From the NCBI RefSeq assembly GCF_004010195.1, contig NC_057720.1:6179016-6243015 (forward strand): 64,000 nt of DNA, in the 5' to 3' direction. Of this stretch, positions 12,751 to 24,657 are shown in pieces. The DNA comes from Chiloscyllium plagiosum (taxonomy: Eukaryota). Position 1 is the first letter of the stretch. Every line of letters begins with the position of its first letter. A model generated the notes under the pieces. That model saw only the letters and a program-made list of their open reading frames with translations. It did no database searches and had not been told where the DNA came from. Position numbers and translations under genes: made by a program.

Positions 12751-13521
12751 TTTAGTAATTGAATTTAAACTCCATCAGTTACATGATGGGATTTGGACCC
12801 AGGTTGTCCAGAGAATTATCCAGAGACATTGAATTCTAGTCAAGTCACATTACTACTGGAGACCCATCTGTCCTGATACAATCCAAATGGCTGCTTTGGT
12901 ATGACAGGGCTTGATGAACATGTGATGTTTACTTGCAACTAATACTGTAACTGCTAGTGAACAAAAACCAAGGAACTCCACAGAATATCAAGAAATGGCC
13001 AGTAAGTGAGGAAAATGGTCCAATAGTCGAACTTTTGATACGCTCTCGTAGCTTTAAGAGTCTTATAAACTTCTCATTAAACTGTAAATGTGCTGCAGTC
13101 CACAACATGTAGCTTGACATTTGATGTTGATAGGAAAACAGCTAAATTGTCAAGAAAAATCTCCTGAACTTCTATTTTCATCAGAACTCTATTAACTGCA
13201 AAAAAAATCCATTGATGCAATCATAACGTGTAATGCACAGAGTAAACAATCCCATTGTTCATTTTGAGCTGCTCTCCAGATGGCTTGGTGAGTTAAGGCA
13301 GTGCATTACACAAATGGAGTCAATTACCATCTCCAGTTGGACTAGTTGTGCTAGACTCGGGTGATGGTGGACGCGCTGCACTTGGTTATAGCTCCCCTAC
13401 GTTTGGAAAGGTTAATGACTGATGAAGGCTTCTGCCACTGATTGTTGTTGGAACAACAGCTATTAGAGAGTCATACAACACAGAAACAAGCCCTTCAGCC
13501 CACCAGGTCAATAGTAACTCA

Positions 13522-13635
13522 AATTCCTGATGAAGAGCTTATGCCCAAAACGTCGATTCTCCAGCTCCTTGGATGCTGCCTGACCTGCTGTGCTTTTCCA
13601 GCAAAATACTCTCGACTCTGATCTCCAGCGTCTGC
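13522..13635 (+). mobile_element. Solo PLE terminal repeat (family A) starting with a degenerate HHR
   Basis: CCTGATGAAGAGCTTATGCCCAAAACGTCGATTCTCC..GATGCTGCCTGACCTGCTG. Confidence 0.75.
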
Positions 13636-14057
13636 AGTCCCCACTTTCTCCTGCGATCTAACACATGGCAAACTCCATTAATCCCATTTACCCATTCTGC
13701 ACTTTGTCAGCAATTTCCAAATCTGTGACATCCCATGGCTGGAAGAACCGAGAGACAAAAGCAAACAGCAGATGCTTGAATCCAAAGTAGACAGGCAGGA
13801 GGCTGGAAGAACACAGCAAGCCAGGCAGCATCAGCAGGTGGAGAAGTCGATGGTTCAGGTGTAACCCTTCTTCAGGACAGGAAACTGCAGGTGGATGGGA
13901 CCAGCTCCACCTGCAGGCACCACCACCTCCCCCCCCCCCACCCCCCCAAGCCATAGAATAATGGGAGACAGTGAGGAGTGCAGATGCTGGAGATCAGAGC
14001 CAAGAGTGTGGTGCTGGAAAAGCACAGCAGGTCAGGCAGCATCCAAGGAGCAGGAGA

Positions 14058-14091
14058 ATTGACGTTTCAAGTATGTACTCTTCATCAGGAA
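14058..14091 (-). ncRNA. Minimal type I hammerhead ribozyme motif
   Basis: rc CTGATGA-A-GAGT ACAT ACTT-GAAA-CG-TC; stem II still pairs. Confidence 0.6.
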
Positions 14092-15527
14092 TGAGGCTTG
14101 TGGACCAAGGGGGCTGAGAAATAAATGGGAGGGGGGTGGGGCTGGGGTGAAAGGCAGCTGAGAATGCAATAGGTAGATGAAGGTGGGGGTAATGGTGATA
14201 AGTCAGAGAGGAGGGTGGAGAGGATAGGTGGGAAGGAAGATGGACAGGAAAGACAGATCAACGGTGCCGACGGTGCCGAGTTGGAGGGTTGGATCTGGCT
14301 GATGGTGGGGTGAGGAGAAATGAGGAAATTGGTGATATCCACATTGATCCCATGTAGTTGGAGAGTCCTAAGGTGGAAGATGAGGCGTTCCTCCTCCAGG
14401 CGGCAGATGGTAAGGGTTTAGCAATGGAGGAGGCCCAGGACCTGCATGTCCTTAGCGGAATGGGAGGGGGAGTTAAAGTGTTCAGCCACGGGGCAGTGGA
14501 GTTGCTTCGTGTGTGTGTCCCAGAGATGTTCTCTGAAACGATCCGCAAGTTGGCATAATATCTCGCCAATGTAGAGGAGACCACATCGGGAGCAACGGAT
14601 ACAGTAGATGATATGTGGATGTGCAGGTGAAACTTTGATGGATGTGGAAGGCTCCTTTGGGGTCTTGGACAGTGGTGAAGAGAGAGGTGTGGGTGCAGGC
14701 TTTGCATTTACAGCGGTCGGGGTGCCGGGAGGGGAGGGTGGGTTGGTGGTGGAGGGGGAACCTGACGAGGGAGTCGTGGAGAGAATGGTCTTTATGAAAC
14801 ACAGTTAGGGGAGGGGAGGGAAATATATCCCTGGTGGTGGGGTCTGTTTGTAAGTGGCGGAAATGGCAGATAATGATGCAATGTTTTCAGAGGTTGCTGG
14901 GGTGGAAGGTGAGGACCAGGGCGGTTCTGTCTTTGTTGCAGTTGGAAGGGTAGAGTTTGAGGGCGGAGCTGGGGGAAGTGGTTGAGATGTGCTGGAGGGC
15001 ATCATCGTCCACGTGGGAGGGGAAATTGCAGTCTTTAAAGAAGGAGGCCATCTGGTGTGTTCTGTGGTGGAATTGGTCCTCCTGGGAGCAGATGCAGCAG
15101 AGGGAGAGGCGGGGGATTTGGGAATAAGGGATCGCATTTTTACAGGAGGTAAGGTGGGAGGAGGTGTAATCCAGGTAGCTGTGGGAGTTGGTGGGTTTGA
15201 AGTAGATATCCGCGTTGTGTCCGTTGCCGTTAATGGAGATGGAGAGTCCAGGAAGGGGAAGGAGGTGTCCGAGATAGTCCAGGTGAACTTAAGGTCAGGG
15301 TGGAATGTGTTAGCGAAGTTGATGAACTATTCAACCTCCTCATGAGAGCACGAGGTAGCGCCGATACAGTCATCGATGTAGCGGAGGAACAGGTGGGGAG
15401 TGGTGCCAGTGTAGCTGCGGAAGATGGACTGTTCCACGTACCTGAAAAAGGGGCAGGCATAGCTGGGGATTGAGAGTGGGTTGCTGGAAAAGCACAGCAG
15501 GTCAGGCAGCATCCGAGGAGCAGGGGA

Positions 15528-15561
15528 ATCGACGTTTCGGGCCGGAGCCCTTCATCAGGAA
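15528..15561 (-). ncRNA. Minimal type I hammerhead ribozyme motif, intact core
   Basis: rc CTGATGA-A-GGGC TCCG GCCC-GAAA-CG-TC. Confidence 0.7.
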
Positions 15562-15941
15562 GATGATGAACTGTCTGTTCTCCACTTTGCAGATACTTGG
15601 GGGAGTGGCCCCTCACCACTGGCTCTTCCTGCGTGCCATGATGCCATTGCTGGTCCTGAAAATGCCCCCTGCTGTCTCCAGAACATGCCTGGGCAGGAAT
15701 CACTCACATGACGAGATATTGCAGTGGCTAAAGAAGGCAGCTCACTATTATCTTCGGAATGGGCCGTAAATGCAGGCCTCACCAGTAGTGCCCACATTCT
15801 GTAAAACAATAAATGTTTCAGGAGAAGCTCTTTCACCTACTCTGCCCATCGGACCATGGCTGACCTGTACCTCAACTCTCATTACTCACAATCGGTCCAT
15901 ACACTTTCATCACCTGACCTAACAAAGTTCTGTCTGACACT

Positions 15942-16237
15942 GACAAAGTCAGAAGTCACATGACACCAGGCGAGCATCCAACAGGTTTATTTGAAATCAC
16001 AGCAGCGCTCCGAAAGCTTGTGATTTCAAATAAACCTGGTAAAAACAAGGACTGCAGATGCTGGAAACCAGATTCTAGAGTAGAGTGGTGCTGGCCTCGG
16101 ATGCTGCCTGAACTGCTGTGCTTTTCCAGCATCACTCTAATCTACAATTTCAAAGAAACCTGTTGGACGATCACCAGGTGTCATGTGACTTCTGATTCTG
16201 TCCACCCCAATCCAGCACCAGCACCTCCATGTCATGG
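15942..16237. mobile_element. Palindromic family C element with a nested family A fragment (16039-16146)
   Basis: Arms GACAAAGTCAGAAGTCACATGACACC and GGTGTCATGTGACTTCTGATTCTGTC; HHR 3' half GCAGCGCTCCGAAAGCTT. Confidence 0.7.
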
Positions 16238-16379
16238 TTAGCCAACAACATTCAATCCTACCGAACAAAGTTCTATTAACATCAGACTTGTGACCTGCAA
16301 TAGTCCAACAGCATAAACATGTCATTTGAGAATTACAGATGATGAGAATGCTCTCCAGGGAAAGGTGTTTTCTGATTTT

Positions 16380-18290
16380 GGAACACAGAACATAGAACTG
16401 TACAGGCCCTTCGGCCCTTGATGTTGTGCTGACCTTTTATCCTACTCTATGGTCAGACTAACTGACATACCCTTCACTTTACTATCATCCATGGGCCTAT
16501 CCAAGAGTCGTTTAAATGTCCATAATGTATCTGACTCTACTACCACTGCTGACAGTGCATTCCATGCACCCACCACTCTCTGTGTAAAGAACTGACTTCT
16601 GACATCTCCCCTAAACCTTCCTTCAATCACCTTAAAATTATGCCTCCTTTTGATAGCCATTTCTGCCCTGATTATTCACTCTATCTATGCCTCTCATCAT
16701 CTTGGACACCTCGGTCAAGTTGCCTCTTGCCTTTCTTCGCTCCCTCAGCATATCTCCATACGACACATCCTCCAGTCCAGGCAGCATTGTGGTAAATTCC
16801 CTCTGCATCTTCTCTAAAGCTTCCACATCTTTCCAATAATGATGGGACTAAAACTGAACACAATATTCCAAGTGTGGTCTAACCAGTGCCCTATAGAGCT
16901 GCAGCATAACCTCATGGCTCTAAAGCACAATCCCCCTGCTAATGAAAGTCAACAGACGGCATGGTGGCACAGTGGCGGCACAGTGGTTAGCACTGCTGCC
17001 TCACAGTGCCAGAGACCCGGGTTCAATTCCCGCCTCAGGTGACTCTCTGTGTGGAGTTTGCACGTTCTCCCCGTGTCTGCGTGGGTTTCCTCCGGGTGCT
17101 CCGGTTTCCTCCCACAATCCAAAAAAAAAATGTGCAGGTTAGGTGAATTGGCCACGCTAAATTCCTCGTAGTGTTAGGTGTAGGGGAATGGGTCTGGGTG
17201 GGTTGCGCTTCGGTGGGTTGGTGTGGACTTGTTGGGCCGAAGGGCCTGTTTCCATTCAGTAAGTAAATGCCATAAGTCTTCTTACCAACTCAACTTTGGT
17301 GGCAATTTTGAGGGATCTATGGACATGGACCCCAAGTTCCCTCTGTTCCTCCACACTGCCAAGATTTCTGCCTTTGACCCAGTATTCTGCATTCAAATTT
17401 GACCTTCCAAAATGAATCATTTTACACTTTTCCAGGTTGAACTCCATCTACCACTTATCAGCCCAGCTCTACATCCTGTCAGTGTTCCATTGAAACCTAC
17501 AACAGCCCTCCACATTATTCACAACTCCACCAATGATCATGTCATTGGCAAACTTACTAACCGATGCGTCCACTTCCTCATCCAAGTCATTTATAAAGAT
17601 CACAAAGAGCAGAGATCTCAGAACAGATCCCTGCGGAACACCTCTGATCACTGAGCTCTAGGCTGAATACTTTTCATCTACTACTACCCTCTGCTTTCTG
17701 TATCCAGACAGCCACATTTCTGTGTATCCCATGCCTCCTTACTTTCTGAATTAGCCAACCATCGGAAAGGTTATCAAACATCTTGCTAAAATCCAAGTGC
17801 ACTGCATCCACTGCTCTACCTTCATCAATGTGTTTTGTCACATCCTCAAAGACTTTAATAAGATTTGTGAGGCATGACCTGTCCCTCACAAAGCCATGCT
17901 ATTTCTAATCAAACTTGGTTTTCCAAGTAATCATAAATTCTACCTGCCAGAATCGCCTCCAATAATTTGCCCACCACAGATGTAAGACTGACTGGTCTGT
18001 AATTCCCAAGGGTATCCCAATTTCCTTTCTTGAACAAGAGAATTACATTTGCCAATCATCTGGCACTACTCCAATGGACAGTGAGGACTCAAAGATCATT
18101 GGCAAAGGTGCAGCAATCTCTTTCCTCACTTCTGAGTAGTTAACATTGAGTATATTCTGTCTGATCCAGGGGACTTATGTTTTTCAAAGTTTTTAGCACA
18201 TCTTCCTTCTTAACATCAACCTGTTCGAGCATATCAGTCTCTAACATTGTCCTCACAAACGGCAAGGTCCCTCTCAATAGTGAATACTGC
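16380..18290 (-). mobile_element. CR1-clade LINE interrupted by HE1
   Basis: [38 protein letters not shown]. Confidence 0.9.
16957..17253 (+). mobile_element. HE1-type SINE
   Basis: Head (A-box segment duplicated), V-domain and tail. Confidence 0.88.
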
Positions 18291-19178
18291 ATGGATTCAG
18301 AAAAAGAAAGTCAGAGTTATTGATTAATAGATTTTTTTGCAAGAAAGTTAAATGGAATTAAGAAAGAAAAACACAGACGCGTTCCTTGCTTTTATAATCA
18401 GAAACATATAGAATATATAAACAAATAAATGACGCGAAACCTTTTTCATTATTGGTTGGGCAAGAGCTGGAATACTAAATCCAATTCAAAGAATTGCTAT
18501 TTGGAAAGGATGTCAAGATCTTAGAGATAGTTAGAGGGGATTTTCTGGTCTGGCTGGTGTTGTGGGACAACAGGATATTTTGCCTAATATGGCAATGCTT
18601 TTGTTAGTTCCTATAACATAAAAAAAAACTGGATGTAGACATTATGGTATTGAAGGATTCAACAGCTGTTTACGATATTGAATCCTTATGCGCAAGTTCT
18701 ATATTGTTCAGTGCATTGGTGTCTGGACTAACATTGAGTAATTAGATTGCAATAGAACAGAATGCTTCCAGTAGCACGCCATGCGCCAAGTGATCTAAAG
18801 TGTAATAGCAAGTCTTTTAAAGATATACTGACCTACCGTCTGTGAGACATAATGCAAGGAAGCAGGACTTCAGTTACATGATGAGGTGAGAGGAACTGTA
18901 GTCGTCCGTCTTTGTTAAGGTATTGGGGTAATTTAATAGAGAGATTCAAAATCATAGTAGGTTTGCCTGTGACAAATGGGAAAAAACTCTTTCAGTGGTA
19001 AAAGGGCGACTAACCGAAGAATACAGGTGCATAATCATTAGCAAGAGAGCCAGGGGCAAGGCAAGAGGAAATTATTTACATGGCAAAAGTGGGAACTGCA
19101 GATGCTGGAGATCAGAGTCAAGATTAGAGTGGTGCTGGAAAAGCACAGCAGGTCAGGCAGCATCTGAGGAGCAGGAAA

Positions 19179-19212
19179 ATCGAAATTTCAGGCAAAAGCC
19201 CTTCATCAGGAA
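19179..19212 (-). ncRNA. Minimal hammerhead ribozyme motif (antisense arm)
   Basis: rc CTGATGA-A-GGGC TTTT GCCT-GAAA-TT-TC. Confidence 0.5.
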
Positions 19213-19214
19213 GT

Positions 19215-19248
19215 TTCCTGATGAAGAGCTTTTGCCCGAAACGTCGAT
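19215..19248 (+). ncRNA. Minimal hammerhead ribozyme motif
   Basis: CTGATGA-A-GAGC TTTT GCCC-GAAA-CG-TC, with one stem II mismatch. Confidence 0.55.
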
Positions 19249-19764
19249 TTTCCTGCTCCTCGGATGCTGCCTGACCTGCTGTGCTTTTCCAGCACCACAC
19301 TCTCAACTGAGGTGAAGACAGACCAGGTTTATGTGGCTGCTTCTCACTATGCAATTCACCAAACCTTGGCATCATTCTGACGTAGCTATATTATCAAAGT
19401 GCAGTATGTCCTACCCATGGTGCAATTTCCAAAACCAATGCAGCATTCCAGCGACTGCCTGGAATTCTTAGTGTGTGGCTATTAGGTGAGGACAAGATGG
19501 GCTCTTCAGTTAAACAATGCGCCCAATACTAGAAAGCAAGACTCAATAATGTTTTATGATAAAATCAAAAATGGCTGGAAATATCCAGTAGAGAGAGTGA
19601 TAGGGTAGTTGGATGGAATCTTCCCTGTTCTGCATGGTGGCTTTATGATTGAACTAATGTGACCCCAGGATTTAACAAGGGAGGGAGAGGGTGAATGGAG
19701 AACTGTAGACCTGTTGGTTTGGTGCCAGTCATGGGAAATAGTTGAAACCTAATATAAAAGATGT

Positions 19765-20015
19765 GAAACAAGCACAGAGAGTGCTGGAGAGACTCAGCAG
19801 GTCTGGCAACATCTGTGGAGACAGAAACAGAGTTAATGTTTCGGGTCCAGGATGACTCGACTTCAGAACTGAAGAACTCTTGTTCTGAAGAAGAGTCAGC
19901 CTGCAGTTGAAAGGTTAACGCTGTCTCTGTCTGCACAGATGTTGCTAGACCTGCTGAGTTTCTCCAGCATTCTCTGTGCTTGTATCAAATTTCCAACATC
20001 TGCAGTATGTTACTC
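19765..20015. mobile_element. Palindromic family B element
   Basis: Arms GCTGGAGAGACTCAGCAGGTCTGGCAACATCTGTG and CACAGATGTTGCTAGACCTGCTGAGTTTCTCCAGC; decayed HHRs at the centre. Confidence 0.8.
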
Positions 20016-20939
20016 CCATGAAAAATGTAGTAACCAGAGACTTTGAAAATAATTGTCTGAGTGGGCAGAGTCACTATGAATTGATGAAAGGGAAATCATG
20101 TTTCATAAACCTGTTGGAGTTTTTGAGAGTGTGCTTGCAGCATATATAAAGCAGAACCAGTGGGTGTGATGCATTTAAATTTTGAGAAGATGTCTGAGAG
20201 GTTGCACACAGGGGGTTAGGAAGTGAAATTATGGGATTGACCATTTTAGTCTGGATTGGGAATTGGATTGACCATTTTAGTCTGGATCGGGAATTAGTTC
20301 ACAGATAGAAAGCAGAGAGTAGAGATGAATGGATCATTTGAAAGGTACCACAAGGAATCGCTGATAAGACCCAGCTGTTCACAATCTGTATGAACAAGTT
20401 TGATGTAGGGACCATTGTAAAATTTCCAAATTTTATGGTGATCCAAGACTAAGTGGGAAAATGTAAGAAGACTTCAGGTGGATTTAGAAAGACTGAATGA
20501 ATGTAATGTGATTAAATGTGAAGTTATCCACTTTGATGGAAGAAACAGAATAACAGAGAATTCCCAAAATAGTGGGCGTTTAGGAGGTGTGAGAGCCCAC
20601 TGCCTGTATGTCACTGAATTACAGCATGCAGGGACAACAATCAATAAGGGAGGTAAATGATGTGTTGGTCTTCATCGCAAGGGAGTTGGTGTACAGAAAT
20701 AAAGATATTCTTGCGTTTAGCCTTGGGGACTGCACACCTTGAGGATTGTATTCAGATTTGGTCTGTAATGAAGGATACACTGCTCTTTAAGGGATTGCAA
20801 TGAAAACTCATCAGATTAATCTTTTGAGGAAAAATTGAGAAAATGTGGTCTAGCTTCTTGAGAGCTTTGAAGAAGGGGAAGTGACCTCATTGAAGGTTAC
20901 AAATTCCTGTCATTGAGTTTATATAGTCTCTCTTTATTC

Positions 20940-22165
20940 AAAGAACAAGAACAAAGAACACTACAGCCTAGGAACAGGCCCTTCAGCCCACCAAGCTTGC
21001 GCCAATCCAGATCCTCAGTATGAACCTGCCACCTATTTTCTAAGGATCTGTATCCCTTTGCTCCCTGCCCATTCATGTATTTGTCCAGATACATCTTAAA
21101 TTACACTATCATTCCCACCTCGACCACCTCTCTTGGCAACACATTCTGGGCACCCTGCTCTGTGTAACGAACTTTCCATGTATATCTCCCCTAATCTTTT
21201 TCCCTCTTACTTTGAACTCATGACCTCTAGTAATTTAGTCATTCACTCTGGGAAAAAGTTTCTTGCTATCCCCACTCGAGGTTTATAAAATCATGAGGGG
21301 CATGGATAGGATAAATAGACAAAGTCTTTTCTCTGGGGTGGGGGAGTCCAGAACTAGAGGGCATAGGTTCAGGGTGAGAGGGGAAAGATATAAAAGAGAC
21401 TTAAGAGGCAACATTTTCATGCAGAGGGTGGTACGTGTTTGGAATGAGCTGCCAGAGGATGTGGTGAAGGCTGGTACAATTACAACATTTAAAAGGCATC
21501 TGGATGGGTATATGAATAGGAAGGGTTTGGAGGGATATGGGCCGGGTGCTGGCAGGTGGGACTAGATTGGGTTGGGATATCTGGTTGGCGTGGACGGGTT
21601 GGACTGAAGGGTCTATTTCTGTGCTGTACATCTCTATGACTTTATGACTCTAAAAGTCTCATGATTTTGTCAGCTCAAACAGACTCCCCCCCCCCCCTCA
21701 ACATCCTTCTTTCCAATGAAAATAATCCTAATCTACTCAACCTCTCTTATGGCTAGCACCCTCCATACCAGGCAACATCCTGGGGAACCTTCTTTTCAGT
21801 TTCTCCAAAGCATCCACATCCTTTTGGGAATGTGGCGACCAGAACTGTACACAATATTCCAAATGTGGCTGAACCAAAGTCTTATACAATTTTAACACGA
21901 CCTGCCAACTCTTGTACTCAACACCCCGTCTGATGGAGGAAAGCATGCCATATTCCTTCTTGACCACTCTACTGACCTGCGTTGCTACCTTCAGGGAACA
22001 ATGGACCTGAACGCCCAGATCTCTCTGTACATCAATTTTCCCCAGGACCTTTCCATTTGCTGTATAGTTCGCTCTTGAATTGGATCTTCCAAATGCATCA
22101 CCTCGCATTTGTCCAGATTGAAGTCCATCTGCCATTTCTCTGCCCAACTCTCCAACCTATCTGGT
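20940..22165 (-). mobile_element. CR1-clade LINE with a younger HER1-type 3' end (21275-21650, +) nested inside
   Basis: [26 protein letters not shown]; nested copy YKIMRGMDR..GAGRWD. Confidence 0.9.
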
Positions 22166-22693
22166 CCTCCTGTCAAAATGTATCGCTCCCCACCTTCCTC
22201 TATTAAGTTCCATCTGCCACCAGTCCCCTTGAGCCTGGTCCACCATTCAATAGGATCATGGTTGATCCGACATTCCTCACATCCACTTTCCTACCCTTTC
22301 CCCATAATTCCGAATTCTCCAACGGATCAAGAATCTACCCATCTGAGCTTTAAATATACATCATTCTTTTGAGCAATATTTATTTAGGTATCATAAAGAT
22401 AGAGAGGATCTATCTTTGTTCCTTGGGGACCATTACTATTTATCATCCCCTGGAATGAGTAACAGCCGATAAAGGCATGTGCTGCTTTTTAATCAGTGAA
22501 ATTATTAAGCTGGACACGATTCAGAAGAGATTTACCATAATGTTGCAGAGTACGGAAGGTTTGAGTTATTAAGAAAGGCTGGTAAGGGGACTTTTTCATG
22601 TAACGTAGGAGGTTGACAGATGACCTTATAGAGGTTTATAAAATCATGAGGGGCATGGATAGAATTAATCGAAGTTGTCTTTTCCCTCGGATG

Positions 22694-22978
22694 ATGTGGA
22701 GGTGCCAGTGTTGGACTGGGGTGGACAAAGTTAAAAATCACACAACATCAGGTTATAGTCCAACAGGTTTAATTGGAAGCACTAGCTTTTATAGCACTGC
22801 CCCTTCATCAGGTGGTTGTGGAGTATACTCCAAGAATAAACCACATTGTTGTGTGGGCTGGAGTAACATGTAGGGCAGAGTATTCTCCACAACCACCTGG
22901 TGAAGGAGCAGCGCTCTCAAAGCTAATGCTTCCAAATAAACCTGTTGGGTTATAACTTGGTGTTGTGTGATTTTTAAC
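22694..22978. mobile_element. Palindromic family C element with ~12-bp TSD
   Basis: Arms GTTAAAAATCACACAACA..CCTTCATCAGGTGGTTGTGGAG and CTCCACAACCACCTGGTGAAGG..TGTTGTGTGATTTTTAAC; TSD TTCCCTCGRATG (22682-22693, 22980-22991). Confidence 0.8.
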
Positions 22979-23229
22979 CTTCCCTCGAATGGGGGATTTC
23001 AAGACTAGGGGGCACGTTTTTAAGGTAAGAGGAGAGACGTTGAAAAAAGACATGAGAGGCAATTTTTTTACACAGAGGGTGGTTTGTGTGTGAATGAACT
23101 TCCTGAGGGAGTGGTGGATATGAGTACAATTACAACATTTAAAAGATATTTAGATAATTACATGAATAGGAAGGGTTTGGAGGGATATAGGCCAGGATCA
23201 GGCAGGTGGGATTAGTTTAGTTTCAGATT

Positions 23230-23263
23230 ATCCTGAAGAAGGGTTTATGCCCGAAACGTCGAT
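23230..23263 (+). ncRNA. Minimal type I hammerhead ribozyme motif, complete
   Basis: ATC-CTGAAGA-A-GGGT TTAT GCCC-GAAA-CG-TC-GAT: stem I ATC/GAT, stem II, palindromic ACGT in stem III. Confidence 0.72.
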
Positions 23264-23360
23264 TCTCCTGTTCCCTGGATGCTGCCTGACCTGCTGCGCT
23301 TTTCCAGCAACACATTTTCAGCTCTGATCTCCAGCAACTGCAGACCTCACTTTCTCCTCC
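23232..23360 (+). mobile_element. 129-bp family A element flanked by an 11-bp TSD
   Basis: TTTCAGATTAT at 23221-23231 and 23361-23371. Confidence 0.88.
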
Positions 23361-24004
23361 TTTCAGATTATGTTTGGCATAGATTGGTTAGACTGAAGGG
23401 TCTGCTTTCATGCTGAATAACTATATGACTCTATGAACACTGACCCTCAAATTCCTGGTGCTATAATTTGGTTTGATGTGGTACTTTGTCAAAGACTTTC
23501 TGAAAATCCCACACTGACATTGAAGGCAGTGTTCCAACTGTTTGGGAAAATGCGCTGATTCCAAAGCACCACTATACCCGGATTAGTGCAAAAGTAAATG
23601 ATCCAGTCAAATTCCCAATTTACCGGTTTGATGGAATCAGATCAACAGAAAACATTGACAAGGTTTCAGTACTTCACAACAACTGCTATTTGGTGTTTAA
23701 AAACAAATAAGTATTGGTCACAGTTAAGTGCAATAGTGGAACCATCAACAAAAATATCAACTGTTTGGAATTCTAATCCCCTTTAAAACCCCTGCTACGC
23801 ACACAGTCAAGACAAAAATGGTGCTATGCATGATAGCAGAAGACATTGAGGAAGCATAGCTCAATAGCATCAGTTTATTGGATTTGCTGAGATGTTCCTG
23901 TCCTTTCCAAGGATCTTCTGTTCTTTGATCTTCTTCAGATTCTTTCATTTATTTGTAGGAGGCACACAATTTGTGCACTAATTATAAAATCTCTTCGTTA
24001 CTTT

Positions 24005-24405
24005 TTAAAAAATCATTGACGGGGTGAGGGCTAGGCCAGTACTCATTGCCCATCCCAGAGGGCAGTTAAGAGTCAACCCCATTGTTGTGTGGTCTGGAGT
24101 AACACGTAGGGCAGACCAGATGAGGATAGCAATTTCCTAAAGGTCATGAGTGAACCAGAACTACACGGATTAGCACCAGGAATTTGAAGGTCAGTGTTCA
24201 TAGAATCATACAGTCGCATAGGACAGAGATGGATCCTCAGTCTAATCAGTCCATGCCAAACATAATCTAGTCCCATCTGCTTGATCCAACAAACAGATAC
24301 ATTGAATTGCTATGGTAGGATTTGAACCCTGGTCCCCAAAACATTCCTTTGGGTCCCTGGAATAATAGTCTAGCAGTTTTACCACTAGATCATCACCTTC
24401 CCCTA
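24005..24405 (-). mobile_element. tRNA-derived SINE, second family, with a LINE-tail insertion
   Basis: Homologous to 10965-11315. Confidence 0.7.
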
Positions 24406-24657
24406 TTAAAGGTTACCAGCAATGGTTAACAGCAGCTGGTGGGAGAAAATAATTTTCTTACTTCAGGATTCAGACGTTTTCGCTGGATGAACATAGAGAG
24501 ATAGTTTCTGCTTTCTCCCATTTTGGAATCTTCCTGCTTCTGTACTGATCATACCCACAAGCTGTTTGACTGCCCAGGATCCAATCAGAGAGTTGCCACC
24601 AGGCCGATGACTTTTGGCATCCACAACTGGACACAATCCGAACTGCACAAACCAATC

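Larger units (their letters stand above)
13965..15562 (-). mobile_element. 5'-truncated Penelope-like element (RT and GIY-YIG) between two direct family A terminal repeats
   Basis: PSYAC, LFLRYIDDCIG, CKCKAC and YCIRCSRCGLLYIGE (degenerate); terminal repeats at 13965-14092 and 15468-15562. Confidence 0.9.
19085..19308. mobile_element. Palindromic family A element with an HHR on each strand
   Basis: Inverted arms of ~90 bp centred on ~19213 (TTCATCAGGAA-GT-TTCCTGATGAA). Confidence 0.85.
22500..23435 (+). mobile_element. CR1-clade 3' fragment carrying two PLE-derived insertions
   Basis: DLIEVYKIMRGMDR..FFTQRVV and 3' UTR. Confidence 0.85.

Noticed and set aside
19765..20015. DNA-transposon MITE interpretation of the palindromes
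   Set aside because: The arms match PLE terminal repeats joined to GIY-YIG relics (43670-44370) and lack fixed TIR ends or a DNA-transposon TSD.
23757..23948. 63-aa ORF with a hydrophobic C-terminus
   Set aside because: Short, with no supporting splice or homology evidence.
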